Positions 24,701-37,759 of a DNA stretch of 64,000 nt are shown here, one piece after another (position 1 is the first letter of the stretch; every line of letters starts with the position of its first letter). The DNA is from Chara braunii. Its lineage: Eukaryota > Plantae > Charophyceae. The stretch spans positions 6,829,673 through 6,893,672 of the forward strand of contig BFEA01000005.1 of NCBI GenBank assembly GCA_003427395.1. The letters run 5' to 3'. Position numbers and translations under genes: made by a program. Under the pieces are notes generated by a model that saw only the letters and a list, made by a program, of their open reading frames with translations, was not told the DNA's origin and made no database searches.

Positions 24701-25775
24701 GGCGGAGGACCAGCCTTGCAAGCGCTTAGTCGACTGTGGACCAGACCCAGCCCTCGGAGGCATGGCCGGAGAGCCTGGGTGCCAGACGCGGGGTGGGTTG
24801 GATCGCCGCATTGGTTCAGGGTATCAGAATCCGACTGATGGGACGCACGCTGGTGTAAATTTTGGGGGCGGGAAGGTTTGGACGGCTGGCCGTATCTACG
24901 ACAGCACTTGGCGGGATGGGGAACAGCTTCTTCGCTGAAACATGATTCGGTTCGGAAACAGGTTTTTGGTAAATAGGCCGCCTGATCAAATGCGCGCTGG
25001 TCGAAACTGGCGGGCAAGGTTGTTTTGAGGGTTGGCCGTGCCCAGGGCATTCGGGATCAGGAACAGGTTCGGTGAACAGGAGAGGGGACTTGAATTCGAA
25101 ACAGGCTCTCGGTAAACGGACTGACCAGACGGAGGCTGGTTTTGAGTTATGGCCAAGTCAGATCGGGGAGTCGGGATGGTTTAATGTTGGTTAATTGCGG
25201 ACTGGTTTGATGATGTACGCATATTGTAGCCGGGTTTAAAGTTCGAACCAAACCAGTCTGTAGTCCAATTCATGGAATTGGTCGATCAGAAGCAGACTGG
25301 TTGTAAAAAAAAAAAAGGGGGGGAGGAGAGGGGAGGGGGGGGAGCCCGGATGTCTGAGGGTGGATGGTTGTAGCTCTAGGAGTGGCGTTTGATTCGGAAA
25401 CAGGGGGGCGGGATTACCTGCAGGGAGGGTAGGGTTACAGGTATCCCGACGAGGGTGGGGGATGGGGGGACTGCACGAGGACGGAGAGGAGCCGGATTCT
25501 TTTGAAGGAGGTCGGGATCAGTAGCAGAAGAGGTGGGGGGGTTGCATTCACGAGGGTGCGCTGTGGGTCGGGGCTCGTTGAGCGAGGAATCGGAATCGGG
25601 ATCGGGATGATAAGCTCTCTTGCGATGTCGGATTGGATGAGATAGACGTCAGAGGCTGTAGTACTCCGTTTTGGTGTGATGCCGGTTGTAGCACTCGGCC
25701 ACGGCTGGCACACGTAAGGACCTGGACTATCTTGACAAATAGTCCATTTCAGCACGTTATTCTGGTAAAGCAATC

Positions 25776-25831
<56 letters not shown>

Positions 25832-26216
25832 ACTTATGCTGCCTTGGGTACTGTTTATTATGTGTGCTGACACGGGGCTCTTCAGTATTTGCGGGAGAAA
25901 GACGGACAGCGTGACAATCCGAAGTGAGGCCTGATTTTGACGAAGGGCGGATGTGCATGATGGTGTAATCTTGCGGTCGAGAGAATACCTCGTTATCGAT
26001 TTAGTCCGTTTATCCCTTCGTTCATGCGTTTATCCATTTATCAGTTTGTTTCTCGAAGATCGAGCTGTCCACTCAGCCAAGGTCATACGGCTGCGGCACG
26101 TCGTCAGGGACTCAAGTGGGTGCATTGTGAGCGACGGGGAGAGGGAGAAGGAGAAACGAGAAGAGAGCGGGGCGCAGACAGCACACACACACAGCCAGCG
26201 AGCGAGCGAGCGAGCG

Positions 26217-26269
<53 letters not shown>

Positions 26270-26315
26270 AGAAAGGAGGGAGAGGGAAGGGAGGCGCAGA
26301 TTGCGCTGGTGGAAC

Positions 26316-26389
<74 letters not shown>

Positions 26390-28149
26390 CGCGACCCATC
26401 TGAAAGCTATTTTGGGATGGATGAAATGCTGTCCACTGCCAGTTCTGGCGGAAGGTTCGTTGTTCGATTCTCTATGACCTTTCTATGCCCGTTATTTACC
26501 GTTTATCCACCTATCTATCTTTCTATCTATTTACTCTCTATCTATTCATTTAATTTATCCATCTCTATCTTTTGTTTGCAAGCAAAAATAATTTTATGTT
26601 GTAAGAAGCTACGAACTCAGAATCTTCGCTTCTTTCATCTGTCGATGATCATTTTCTTTCCTCCCCCTGTATAGATCAGATGTTATCTGTAAAAGAAGAT
26701 ATATAGTTTTTCGGATCTTTTTCCTTGTCCCTTTTTTTTTAATCTGTCGATCGCCTTCTCATCTTCTCTCTGTGACCCCCTCTATTCTTACATTGGCGGG
26801 TGCAATTACCGTTTTGTAATGAACTGCAAATTTTCTTATCTGCTCTCTCACCCCCTCGACTCTTAAATTGGCGGTCGCAATTACTGTTCTGTACCGAACT
26901 GGGAAAGAAATTACTGTTCTGTTACTGTTCTGTACCAACTGGCCTTTGTTGCTCAGTTGGTACACCCCGTGAGACCGAACGCGGCAGTCACGAATCGATG
27001 GCAGAGGGCGCGGCCTCTCCACAACCGGATTTGCGGAAATACAGACTGAGTTCGAACTCCGCCGGATGCAGACGAGTAAAATACAACAAGTCTGGTCGGT
27101 CAGTTCGATGATGATGATATCTCAAGGTCGTCGCCCTTCAAAAAAAAGAGGAAAAGAAGAGTAGAAATGGGGAGAAAGAAGGGAAAGAAAAGATAAAATT
27201 TCGTCTTTTCTTGATACCCCAGTTATGTCCTTTTTTTTTTTTTTTGGGAGTTGTGTCCTTTCTCGTTCCTTTTTTCTTGATATCCAGGCGTTTTTTTTTT
27301 TTTTTTTTTTAAACGTCGATGACAAACCCTGAGCCCCACGTCTGTAGGTCTGCGGATCTGATCTTTTCTGTCCCCTTTTGTCGTTTGCTGGCGGGTACAA
27401 TTATATTGATTTATTTTTTCTGTAAGAAATTGCGATGTCTTCGTCTTCTCTCGATATCCTGTTACCTCGTTATCCATCTATATCTTGTTATGCATTTATC
27501 TGTCGATCGAGGTTACCTGCTTTCTCTCTCTCTCTCTCTCTCTCCTTCTTTCTCTCTTTCTCTTTCTCCCTCTCTCTCCCCACCCTTCACCCGACTCTCT
27601 CTGTGTGCTTCTCTCTATTTCCTGCTCAATCGATCTTAGCATTACCGGCGGTGTGTCTTTAATTCTTTTTTTTCCCTTTTCCTTTTGCCCGTTTGGCATG
27701 CGATCCACCCTTGCGTGTTCTGGCAGTATTCTCGAATATCATTCCTTTTTTTTTTTTTTTTTTTCTGGAGCCTATGATTGCTATCTATCAGTCAACGACT
27801 GACACCTGTTATCGTCTTTATCCGTTTGTGTACCTGTCAATCAACCGCCTTGTCCCTGCCCGCGATATATGTATAATATATATTTGTGACAATATAATAT
27901 GACAATATATATATATTTTTGGCAGATTTTACATCCTTTTGTTTTATTTTTTATTTTTTTTAATCTTTTGTCGGCTATTTCTCCCTGATGTGGAATGGCA
28001 TCTGTATATTGCGGGCCCTCTGTTGTGGTTCCGTTTCTTTTACTCTTGATTATATTTGGATTGTTATGTTCGTTTCTTTAACTCCATATCTGTTGGTAGT
28101 GTCGAAAGCTTTATCTGTCCTATAAGTGAGGTTTGGTTTCCTCCTTTTC

Positions 28150-28990
28150 TTTACCTCTTTGCCTTTTGGCTGCGTGCAGGTGGGTCCTTGTGACACATGG
28201 GGATGGGGGCAGCCGGTGCTCAACCATCATCCACGTGGCCGGCCTTGTACGTAAGAGGTGATGAACAGGCGGAGCTTTCCTTCCTCACTTCTTTCCTTTT
28301 TTTGTTTTTTTTCGCCTTTGCGCTCGGATACACCGTGTGACGATATATATATATATATATTGTCACATGATATCAGAGCGCCTAAGCGAAAAAACCAAAA
28401 AAACAAAGAAATCTTAAATTCGTTTTTAATCTTCTTCCTTACAACTCCCCCTGTTCAGAACCTCTTGCNTACAAGGCCGCCCACGTGGATGTAGGTTGAG
28501 CGGCGGCTGCCCCCACCCCCGTGTGTCATATCGACCCACTTGCACACAGCCAAAAGGCAAAGAGGCAAAGAAGAGAGGAAGGGAACAGCCAAATGAAACA
28601 AATAGAACAGAGGGAAACAAGACACACAGATGACAAGTCCCACATGCAAGCACCGCCCGCTCCGTCAAAGGCCAAACAACGGGACAAGACCACCCAGGAC
28701 AAGACATAAAAAAGCGACGATCCACAGTGTGACAACCAAGAAAAAAGAAAAAGAAAAAAAAAGAGAAGACAATCCTGGATGACGATTCCCACATACAGGC
28801 ACCGCCCCGCCTCTCAAAGGGCCGAACAACGGGAAACAACCAACCAGGATGCCAAAAACCCAAATGGCTGGTCCCACATGAAAGCACAGCCACGCCCATA
28901 AGATAGCCCGAACAACGGGACCAAACCAACCGAGGTACAGACAAAATCAGCAAAACAAAAAAAGGCTCCAATCCACAATGTGACAACCAA
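28150..28990. mobile_element. Two copies of a short retroelement (family B), tail-to-tail around a (TA)n tract
   Basis: 28150-28275 is the reverse complement of 28445-28570; centre TGTGACGATATA...TATATTGTCACA; third copy at about 32200-32555; ~115-bp internal repeats 28635-28990. Confidence 0.7.
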
Positions 28991-30387
28991 AAAGGAGTAT
29001 ATATTTTTAATAGATTTCTTAATCCGTATCGACTTCTGCCGTATTTCTTGTGCCGTATCCATCGATCCCCCAGTCTTTGTACTCTTTTCTTTTGCTTTTT
29101 TTCCCCTCAAAATTGAACTCACCATTTCATAAACGAACGCAGTGGCAGAGTCTTTGTACCTTATCCATCAATCGCACGGTCGCGCATGGTGGTAATTTAT
29201 TGTCACACGGTCGCGTGCGGCGGCAATTTGTGTTCGCGCTGTTGTCCGCTCCACCTCAACAAGTTTTGTCGTTTTCTATATTCCCGTTCCAGGTGACATA
29301 TCGAGGTGACACGTCACCTTGGACGATGACACGTGTCATCTTCTCGACCGTTGTCGCCTTCTGTTGAAAGCTTCAAAAACATGACACGGGAATTCCCCCC
29401 ATTCGCACCGTTCGATTTTTTCGAGTTTTGTGATTTTTATTAAATGATTTATAATGATTTTGATTTTCGCGATTTTTGCGATTTTTTAAGATTAAATGAA
29501 TTTTGGGATTGCGAGTGATTGGTGAATTTTGGAATTGCGATTTTCGGACTGTTGTGATTGAACGAGTTTTGTGACTCGTGTGATTTTGTTTCCGAATTTT
29601 TGCGATTTGCATTTAAAAATTAGTCCTGCGGTCAGCATGGTGGCAACATTCGGGCTCTTTTTTTTGTATGTCTTGGGCGTTTGTTGCGGCCGTTTTTTTT
29701 TTGTGTTTTTTGGGTTTTAGTACTTTATACCGCGTTTTTTTTGGTTCAAGCTTTTCCCATTATGATTACGCGCACCCGCGTCGTTCTCCCTTATAATCTT
29801 GTTGTCGTCAACAAGAATTACAAAGCAGTGAGGAGAATGATCGCTAGGCGGATTACAAAGCAGTGAGGAGAATGATCGCTAGGCGGATTTTACGCCTAAC
29901 GCCTATTTGTGCGTTTCTTGTTGTCGTCAACGAGAATCACAGGCTGCTATGGGCGCGGTAACGGTCTCTGATTGAGAGAAGAGGTTTAGTCTGTGTAGTG
30001 TTCGTACTCAACGCGAGCACTTTCGTAAATACATCTGACTGCAATTACGGCCAGACCTGGATGCATCTGATCTGCGATCCCGTCGATAGCTCAGTTGAAA
30101 AGCTCGTAGTGTGAGTATGCCCTCATTGTTCAGTACTTTTTCAATCACATATTGAATTATGTAGAGGGAAGAGCACACAAGAGGGATCGTCATCGTCCTT
30201 CTCATCGACATCATGAATGTATGGAGGGCAAGTTTCGGGAATACATTATTATAGAGGGCAGTTTTCGGGTTCAGTAGATCATAATCTCCATGCGTTCAAA
30301 CGGGGGAGCGTCCTTATTTTAGTCTCCGTATGTTCCGAAGTGGTGGAAAATGTGAAACTAACCGTATGCGTTCAAAACGGGGGAAGA

Positions 30388-30440
<53 letters not shown>

Positions 30441-30469
30441 CCAGGGGGGGGGAGAGAGAAAGACCCCAC

Positions 30470-30526
<57 letters not shown>

Positions 30527-30949
30527 TCTTGGGGACATAGCATTGAGAACTACTCAGTGCCACGTGTCGTGATGACAATTGCATTGAGACTTCTGTTGAG
30601 TACCGCGTGTCCCGGGAATTACACTGGGAATTTCAGAGTCCCACGGGTTGTTGGGGCTTTTCGTTTCCCAAGTGCCGTTTGCGGTGGCAGCAATTGCTTT
30701 GGGAATCCCCTCTACACGATTATATTGACCCTGATCTGATCATCTTTATTGCGCAGGGGTAGGGGTGGTTATTAGATTGACCTTCATGCGCTCTCGATTG
30801 CGATTTGCTCACGTTCTTTGTGAGCACGCCACGTGGCAAGACTAATCGTCGATTGTTTCCTCAGCTTTATTGTCTCTTGGGCCTCGCTGTTCCACCTTTC
30901 CCACTTTTTGTCCCTATCTAGATAACCATTTCTGCGAAGCCATTTATTT

Positions 30950-31200
30950 ATATAGAAATGGTTAAGTAGAAACTGTTGAACGGAGGCATTTATGTATGTA
31001 GAAATGGGGTCTCAAGTAAAAACGGCTAAACGTGGTTAGAAACGTTTGAATGGGGTCTCAAGTAAAAACGGCTAAACGTGGTTAAGTAGAAACGTTTNTC
31101 TCAAGTAAAAACGGCTAAACGTGGTTAAGTAGAAACGTTTGAATGGGGTCTCAAGTAAAAACGGCTAAACGTGGTTAAGTAGAAACGTTTGAACGGTTGT
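30950..31200. repeat. ~50-bp tandem repeat, about 4 copies
   Basis: AATGGGGTCTCAAGTAAAAACGGCTAAACGTGGTTAAGTAGAAACGTTTG. Confidence 0.9.
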
Positions 31201-31290
31201 GCTAACCGTTTCTACTTAATCCTTTCTGTATACATAAATGGCTTCCGTAGAAATGGTTATGTGGAAAGTGGTTATGCGTCCTTACATATA

Positions 31291-31530
31291 CATCGTCAAA
31301 CAGAACTTCCCGGTAAACCGTAGGCAGAGAGGGACAAAAGGGAGAAGAGGACAACAAACGAGGGGCTGTGACAAACTGTTTCGTTGGAGTTTCACCTGCG
31401 TACTCATCAGGAGTCTGTATAGAGTCGGTGAAACTCTGACGAAACAGTTTGTCACAGCCCCTCGTTTGTTGCCCTCTTCTACCCCTCCCTCTCTGCCTAC
31501 GGTTTACCGGGCAGCTCTGTTTGACGATAT
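31291..31530. mobile_element. Inverted (head-to-head) pair of hammerhead-bearing Penelope-like terminal repeats (family A)
   Basis: ~110-bp arms; minus copy has an intact CTGATGA (31404-31410) and CGAAAC; both 3' ends read TTTGACGAT. Confidence 0.8.
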
Positions 31531-31830
31531 GAACATCCTCTACATCCAGAGGGAGTGTGTCCCATCTGTGCCTGCGGGCGCTATAGCGGATGTGCACTTA
31601 ACTGTGATGGTTAACGCCCCACAATCGTCATGGCCTGCAACCGGCATGCCCTCTGCCGCGCATGCTTCGAAGGTATGGTTGATGCTAGCCGTCCTGGCTC
31701 CTGCTGTCACGAGGTTGCTTGCCTGAATCGTCTTCGTCCTATAGATCGGCGGGAGGGNTNCAACCATCGCCCGCATCCTTTTGATAGTTGTCCTATCCGT
31801 CCTGAGGGTCTTACTCAGACACACCTTGCA
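31531..31830 (+). pseudogene. Cys-rich RING-like zinc-finger fragment with an in-frame stop
   Basis: CPICACGRYSGCALNCDG*RPTIVMACNRHALCRACFEGMVDASRPGSCCHEVAC. Confidence 0.5.
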
Positions 31831-32566
31831 CCTTAACAAAAAGGTGCAGATCCGCTGAAAAGAGTGTACAAAAGTGGGAGACCCTTCACTAAAACTGCGA
31901 GACAGTGAAAGAAGACTGCAGTAAAAGAAAGAAGAAGTTTCTGTCATTTTACTTTGTTTGTACCCTGCACCCTCAAAGAAAAAGTCAGAAGGGTGAAAAT
32001 GAGAATAAAACGTAAAGAAGGAAGTGCAGGTGCGCTGAAAAGCGAACGTGGTAGACCCTTCACCAAAACTGCAAAACTGTGAAAGAAAGAAGACAGTAAA
32101 AGAATGAAGAAGTTGTGTCACCTTCCCTTCGCCTATCGGTTTTTCTTTTCTGCTCCTATCTTCCTTGTGTTTAACACCTCTCCCTTTCCTCTGCCTCTTT
32201 CACACAGCGTGCAAGTGGGCTGTTATGTCATAGGGGGATGGGGGCAGCTCGCTCTCAACTTCATCAACGTGGTGAGCCTTGTACGTGAGAGGCGCAGTGG
32301 AGGAGGAGTTAAGAAGACTGAGAAATTGAATGATTTCAAATGTGTCTTTGTTTTTTCATTTTTATCCTTTGTTCAGTGTAAAAAAATTATAAAACTCTGA
32401 AAGAAATAAAAAAGAAGAAGACACTGTTTTCTGTCTTTCTGGTTTGTCTGTCTCTTTGCCTGTCTGTCCTTTCATTTTTTTCTTTTCTTCGCTCATCTTA
32501 TTTCTTCTTCTACTTCACGTGTTTGCGCTCTTAGTCGATAGTTCTGTGACAATATGTATACATATA

Positions 32567-32767
32567 CCGTAGGCAGAGAGGGACAAAAGGGAGAAGAGGA
32601 CAACAAACGAGGGGCTGTTACAAACTATTTCGTCGGAGTTTGACGATATGTATCAGCCTCCTGATGAGTCGATGAAACTCGGACGAAACAGTTTGTCACC
32701 GCCCCTCCTTTGTTGTCCTCTTCTCCCTTTCTGCCTACGGTTTACCAGGTAGCTCTGTTTGACGACA
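32567..32767. mobile_element. Second inverted pair of family A hammerhead repeats
   Basis: Minus fragment 32567-32641; plus copy 32653-32767 with CTGATGA GTC...GAC GAAACAG. Confidence 0.8.
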
Positions 32768-32785
32768 TATATACATATACCGTAG

Positions 32786-33806
32786 TGAAAGGCGTTCCAC
32801 GATGCAGACCCCAAATTCGAATTTCAGGGTCAAGGTCTCAGGCCAAGTCGGTCAGTTTCAGGAAAGTCACAGTCGGGTGGGTACCTTAGGAGGCAAGTCC
32901 AACAGGCACCCGGTGAACGGTCACATCCCAGAAGCGAAGGTTGCGTTTTCTATAAGCAAAAGTCACGTCTCATATTGAAAAAGCCATATTGAAAAGTCAT
33001 ACCCCACAGGCAAAGGACACTTCTCCAGGCAAAAGTCGTGTCCCAGAGGCAAGCGTCACATCCCACAGTCAAAAGTCGAGTTCCACAGGTGAAAAGTCGT
33101 GACTCGCAGGCCCAAGCGGCAGCACACCAATGAAAATTCGGGAAAAGTACCAGGCCTTGACATTCTGAAGCAAGCGGCCGTGGGCATGTGGTACCAGTAC
33201 CAAGTCAAGCCACAAGAAGCAGAGGCTGGGACGAGTTGAAGCTCAAAGCTCAGTCCAAGTCAATGTAAGGACTGGCCAGCCACATTTTGGACAGATTGCT
33301 CATTCGTGAGTTGTGTGGAAGTGCTGCTGAAGCGCTTGTGCACTATTTGTGAGTAGCATGCGCGCGAGAGCCCTGCTGGGGCAGCGCTGCACTGAGAGGG
33401 AAGGCGGCCATAGCTGCATATAGCTAGTGATAGAAGGCAGAACAGAGTAGCAGCGGATGTATTCAGAGTCTAGACTCTCAAGTAGAGAGAGAGAGGGAGA
33501 GAGAGAGCGCATGCATGAGGAAGACCAGAAGGGATAGAGAGGAGACAGAGGGAGAGAGAGAGAGAGAGAGGAAGACAGAGAGGGGGATAAGAGAGTCACC
33601 TACCTGTGATGAGGATGCTGGTATTGGGTTGCTGTACTCTGCACTGTTGAGGGCTTCGTGACTGGATCTCCGGAACTGTTTAATGTGATAATTTGTTGGG
33701 ATTTCTAAGCTGCGCATATCTGGACTTTACATCTCTGGTCTTCAGTGTGGAATTCGTCTGATCTCTTAATGTGTGTGTACGCTCATGAGCAGTGAGGCTC
33801 AATGCA
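32786..33806. mobile_element. Solo LTR (~1.02 kb) inserted into a family A fragment
   Basis: TG...CA termini; 4-bp TSD GTAG (32782-32785, 33807-33810); removing it restores CCGTAGGCAGAGA as at 32567. Confidence 0.75.
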
Positions 33807-34029
33807 GTAGGCAGAGAAGGAGAAGAGGACAACAAATGAGGGGCTGTGACAAACTGTTTTGTCGTTATTTCATTATTTTCTTCTCTTGCGTATTTTTCTA
33901 CTCTCTTTCCCTCTTTCGTTTTCTTTTTTTGAAATCCTTTTTGCTTGTTTAATTCTCTTCACTTTTCTTTTTTTTAATTCCTTCCGTTCTTCCACTCCTT
34001 TCCGTCCAGTTGTTCCCCCCCCCCCCCCC

Positions 34030-34110
<81 letters not shown>

Positions 34111-34279
34111 NTCTTTTGCTTTTTTTCTCTTCTTCGTCTTCTTTTTTTTTTTGTTTAGTTTGCACTTAATTTGTCTTTTTCTTTCGCTCTTTTTCTTCTT
34201 CTTTTTGGTCTCTTCTTCTTCTTGTTGCTCTCTTTTTCTTCTTTTTTTTTCACTTCCTTTTCTTCTTCTTCTTCTTCTT

Positions 34280-35560
34280 GGGATGGAAGGATGAATTGTC
34301 GGTGAGGCGCAAGCATGGTAGTGCGGGAAGCCTGCTGTTGGATTCATATCAGGACTTTTTTGACTACTCTGTGGACATACTTGCGATCAGATACATGCAG
34401 GACGGAGGGCAACTGATCAGAGACGCGCCGGGGAACGTGCGCATAACCGAGGGTGTACTCCCACTAGGACTTTTCGACGACTCTGGGATGTGATGGCGAT
34501 CAGGTACATGCAGGATGGGCCTGAATCGCAGTCAGATACATGCCGGAAAGTCCTAGTGCGAGTATGCGCTTAGACGTGTATGCGCGACGTGTTGTAAAGC
34601 CAGTTACTTTCCCCCCCCCCCCCTCTGACGATTTCACTATCCACTGTTCTTCTACTTCTCCCTCTTCTTCTTTCCTTTCTTTTTTTTTTAATAAACGCAG
34701 GGCCTTATGGTCCTGGCTCCTTCTATTCTGGGGAGCGTCGGTCCGGTTCCTATTCCACCAGCAAGTCAGAAGAAACATTACATTACAGCAGAAACTCACG
34801 CTTCCTCCCGTTTGGCCGGAGGACCCCTGAACAGCATTGATTGCTCCACCAGTGGTGAAGGATTGCCTGTCAGCTTGCCATGACTCCCTCTTTCCTCTCA
34901 GACCTGAAAAAAACACCAGCTCTGCCAGATAGTGCTATGTCATCTAGAAAGAGCTCGCCCATTATTTCTATATGCCTGTGCTCTCCCCCTTATCGGCCCT
35001 GCCCGTAAGTCACTGTATCCCCTAAACCATTAAGCCTTCTCCCTTCTTTTGAGGTCTACTAAACCCTAAACCCTAAACCCTGCCCCTCACTTGGGAGTAA
35101 TATTTTTAAAATCTCTCCTCCCTTGCTCTCGCCTTCCATTGGCGTAACTCCAAACCCTGATTGTATCTCCCCGAATGTGGTGGTATGAGTCCGAAGCTTT
35201 CTCTTTAGAGATCTGATCCGGAGGTGCTTTGCGCGTGCGGTGCACTCTGCTGCCCAGTGTTTCTTCCTGAGCTAGAGTTGTGCCAGTCCTTCCAACAGAT
35301 GCAATCATCCCGCAACTCAGCAACTTTCCCATCTATCAACCATGCCCTGCTGAAGCTCCGTCTAGCCTTCCTTTGCTGCTCTTCATCCTCTGACCAAGAT
35401 AATTTAATCTTTCGCCATCTGCAAAGGATCTCTGCCTGTATCATTACTTTCGTCTCCGTCCAGATCAGCTCTCGTGAGCTGGAGATACCTTCAATCGTTC
35501 TGCTGCATCTTTCCTTCCATATGACCCATAGGGTCACCTTATGAATCCATACCAAATCCT
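34280..35560 (-). mobile_element. 5'-truncated L1/Tx1-like LINE (ORF2 C-terminus, 3' UTR, (AAG)n tail)
   Basis: LWVIWKERCSRTIEG resembles the post-zinc-finger WxIWKERN motif; (TCT)n at 34261-34279 on the + strand. Confidence 0.65.
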
Positions 35561-36269
35561 TTCCGCTTTCCGGGGCTGTTCAGGGATGTTAATCAGAAGG
35601 AGAAGTTGGATGGGGTGTTCTTTCCTTTCTTCTTGAAGAGCTTTTGAAGCGTGTTTTTTTTTGTTTTTGTTTTTGTTTGAAGCGTGTATGAAAGGCAGTT
35701 GGCCCCTCTTTTGACGGGGCATCATTTCCACTTCTTCTTTCTTCCTTGTTTTTCTTGTTCCTTCTTCTTGTGCATGCCATCCTTGAAAGCGCAGGGGCTG
35801 GCTATGCATGTAGGAGAGGCAGGTGGCCCCCCTGATTTCACTTTTCTCCGTGTACGTTTTTCTTCGTCTGGTTCTTTCCTTTCTTCTACTTCTTTCTCTT
35901 CTTGCTTCATCCTTCTTGCTTCTTCCTTCTTCCTTCTTCCTTCTTCGCCTTCCTTCTTCCTTCTTTATTTCTTCTTTCTTCTTCGTTCGTTTATTCTCTC
36001 TTCTTCCTTTTTTCGTCTTCTTCCTTCTTCCTTCTCCGGAAGTGCAGGGGGCATGTAGTATTTTGGATTTGGTCGGTAGTGGTGTTGATGATGATGATGA
36101 TGACAAGCGAGAACGGTTCAATAACTCTTATGGATTGCAAGCGATGGTTGCTGAAGAGAAGGCAGGGATTCTTTTTTTACTTCGTTTTCAAAGTGTGACG
36201 GTCTTGAGATATCATCATTGAACTGACCTGGCCCAGGTAATTCAGAATTGTTTGATTCTGCTCATCTGT

Positions 36270-36344
36270 TTGCGTTTGGATTCGAACACGGGTGTGTATT
36301 TCCACAGTTCATTGGGGTGTACCGACGGAGCTAGGCCCCTTGGT
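36270..36344 (-). mobile_element. tRNA-like (SINE-type) Pol III head
   Basis: Minus strand A-box TAGCTCCGTCGGT and B-box GTTCGAATCC. Confidence 0.55.
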
Positions 36345-36394
36345 GGGAGACAAGGCAGGGATTCATTTATATATAGTGACGATATATATTATCA

Positions 36395-36552
36395 CTTAGT
36401 GTAATCAGTAGGGGATTCTGCGGACTGTCGAGGGTTCAGCCTCGTGATGAGTTGGTGAAACTCCGATGAAACAGTTTGTCACAGCCCCTCGTTTGTTGTC
36501 CTCTTCTCCCTCCCTCTCTGCCTACGGTTTACCGGGCAGCTCTGTTTGACGA
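36395..36552 (+). mobile_element. Most complete family A copy, containing the whole hammerhead fold
   Basis: Same 3' body as the 31422 and 32653 copies, ending TTTGACGAT(ATA). Confidence 0.8.
36422..36477 (+). ncRNA. Type III hammerhead ribozyme (this copy has C3 changed to G)
   Basis: GGACTGT-C / GAGG-GTTCAG-CCTC / (G)TGATGA / GTTGG-TGAAACT-CCGAT / GAA / ACAGTTT; three stems pair; sister copies supply CTGATGA and a stem II consensus GTCGG/CCGAC. Confidence 0.8.
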
Positions 36553-37069
36553 TATATATGTATGATATATATATATTTTTTATTTATAGAGAAGGCAGGG
36601 ATTAATTACAGCGTTCGGAGAAATTTTCATCTTGATATATTCTATGAGCGTGGTTGATGATTGGAATGATGATGTTGATGTTGATCATGTTGATGATGTT
36701 GATGATGTTGATGATGTTGATGATGTTGATGTTGATGATGATGATGTGGATACCGGGACGATGGTGTCGATCAAGGATGAGTCCGCGCTGTTGATGAGGG
36801 TGATGATCATGTTTTTGATGATGATGATGTTGATGATGACGTGGATACCGGGACGATGGTGTCAATCAAGGATGAGTCCGCGCTGTTGATGAGGGTGATG
36901 ATCGGGTTTTTGATGATGATGATGATGATGTGGAGATCCGTGCCGTGAAATACATGTTGGACGGCGTGGATGTGAGCACGTGTGTGAGCGTATAATCAAA
37001 TCATCAACGACCAAGATTTGGTCTCATCCAAGATGGAGGGGCTGGGAACGACGAGTTGAACGGTACAGG

Positions 37070-37590
37070 GACGCCAAGAGTACGGATTGAGTGTACAGAC
37101 TCGGGGGATTGATTGTACGTACGGATTCTGGGGATTGGTTGTACACAATTTCGTTTTGCCTTGGCCTTTAGATTGAAGTGAAGATGAAGGAACGATTGGG
37201 ATTTTTGATTGTACGGACTCTGGAGATTGATGGTACGGATGTACGGACTCTGGAGATTGATGGTACGGATGTACGGACTCTGGAGATTGATGATACGGAT
37301 GCGGAAGATTGATTGTACAGATGTGCTGGAGATTGATTGATTGATTGTACGGATTCTGGGGATTGATTGTATGGTTTATTTCTTGCCTTGGCCTTTGAAA
37401 GATTGAAGTGAAGATGAATGAACAGTTAGGACTGATTGTACGGACGCTGGAGATTAACTGTACGTAACGGACTCTGGGGATTGATCGTACGGATTCTGGG
37501 GATTGACTGTAGGGATTTTCTTTTGCCTTGGGGGGCATCAGATTGATGGGAATATGAATGGACGGTTCGGATTGATTGTACGGGTCCGAG
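37070..37590. repeat. Degenerate tandem repeat GATTGATTGTACGGA(C/T)TCTGGG
   Basis: Many 22-30-bp units; exact 30-bp triplication at about 37210-37300. Confidence 0.85.
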
Positions 37591-37759
37591 TCGATGATGG
37601 ACGATGGACGCATTATTTATTTCTTCCTTCCTTTTTCTTCTTTCCTTTTTCTTTTGTCGTTTTTTTTGGGGAGGAAAAAGTGCGATGACCTTGGGATGTC
37701 GTCGTCGAGCTGACCCGCGCCAGGTGATTTATAATTATTTTATTTCATTCCGTTCATCC

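Noticed and set aside
24207-24938. 243-aa ORF as a gene
   Set aside because: Largely the translation of a ~30-bp tandem repeat that is open in several frames
26380-36160. Further possible host exons (near 26400, 26958, 30135, 36048)
   Set aside because: Splice signals plausible but frames ambiguous and no recognisable homology
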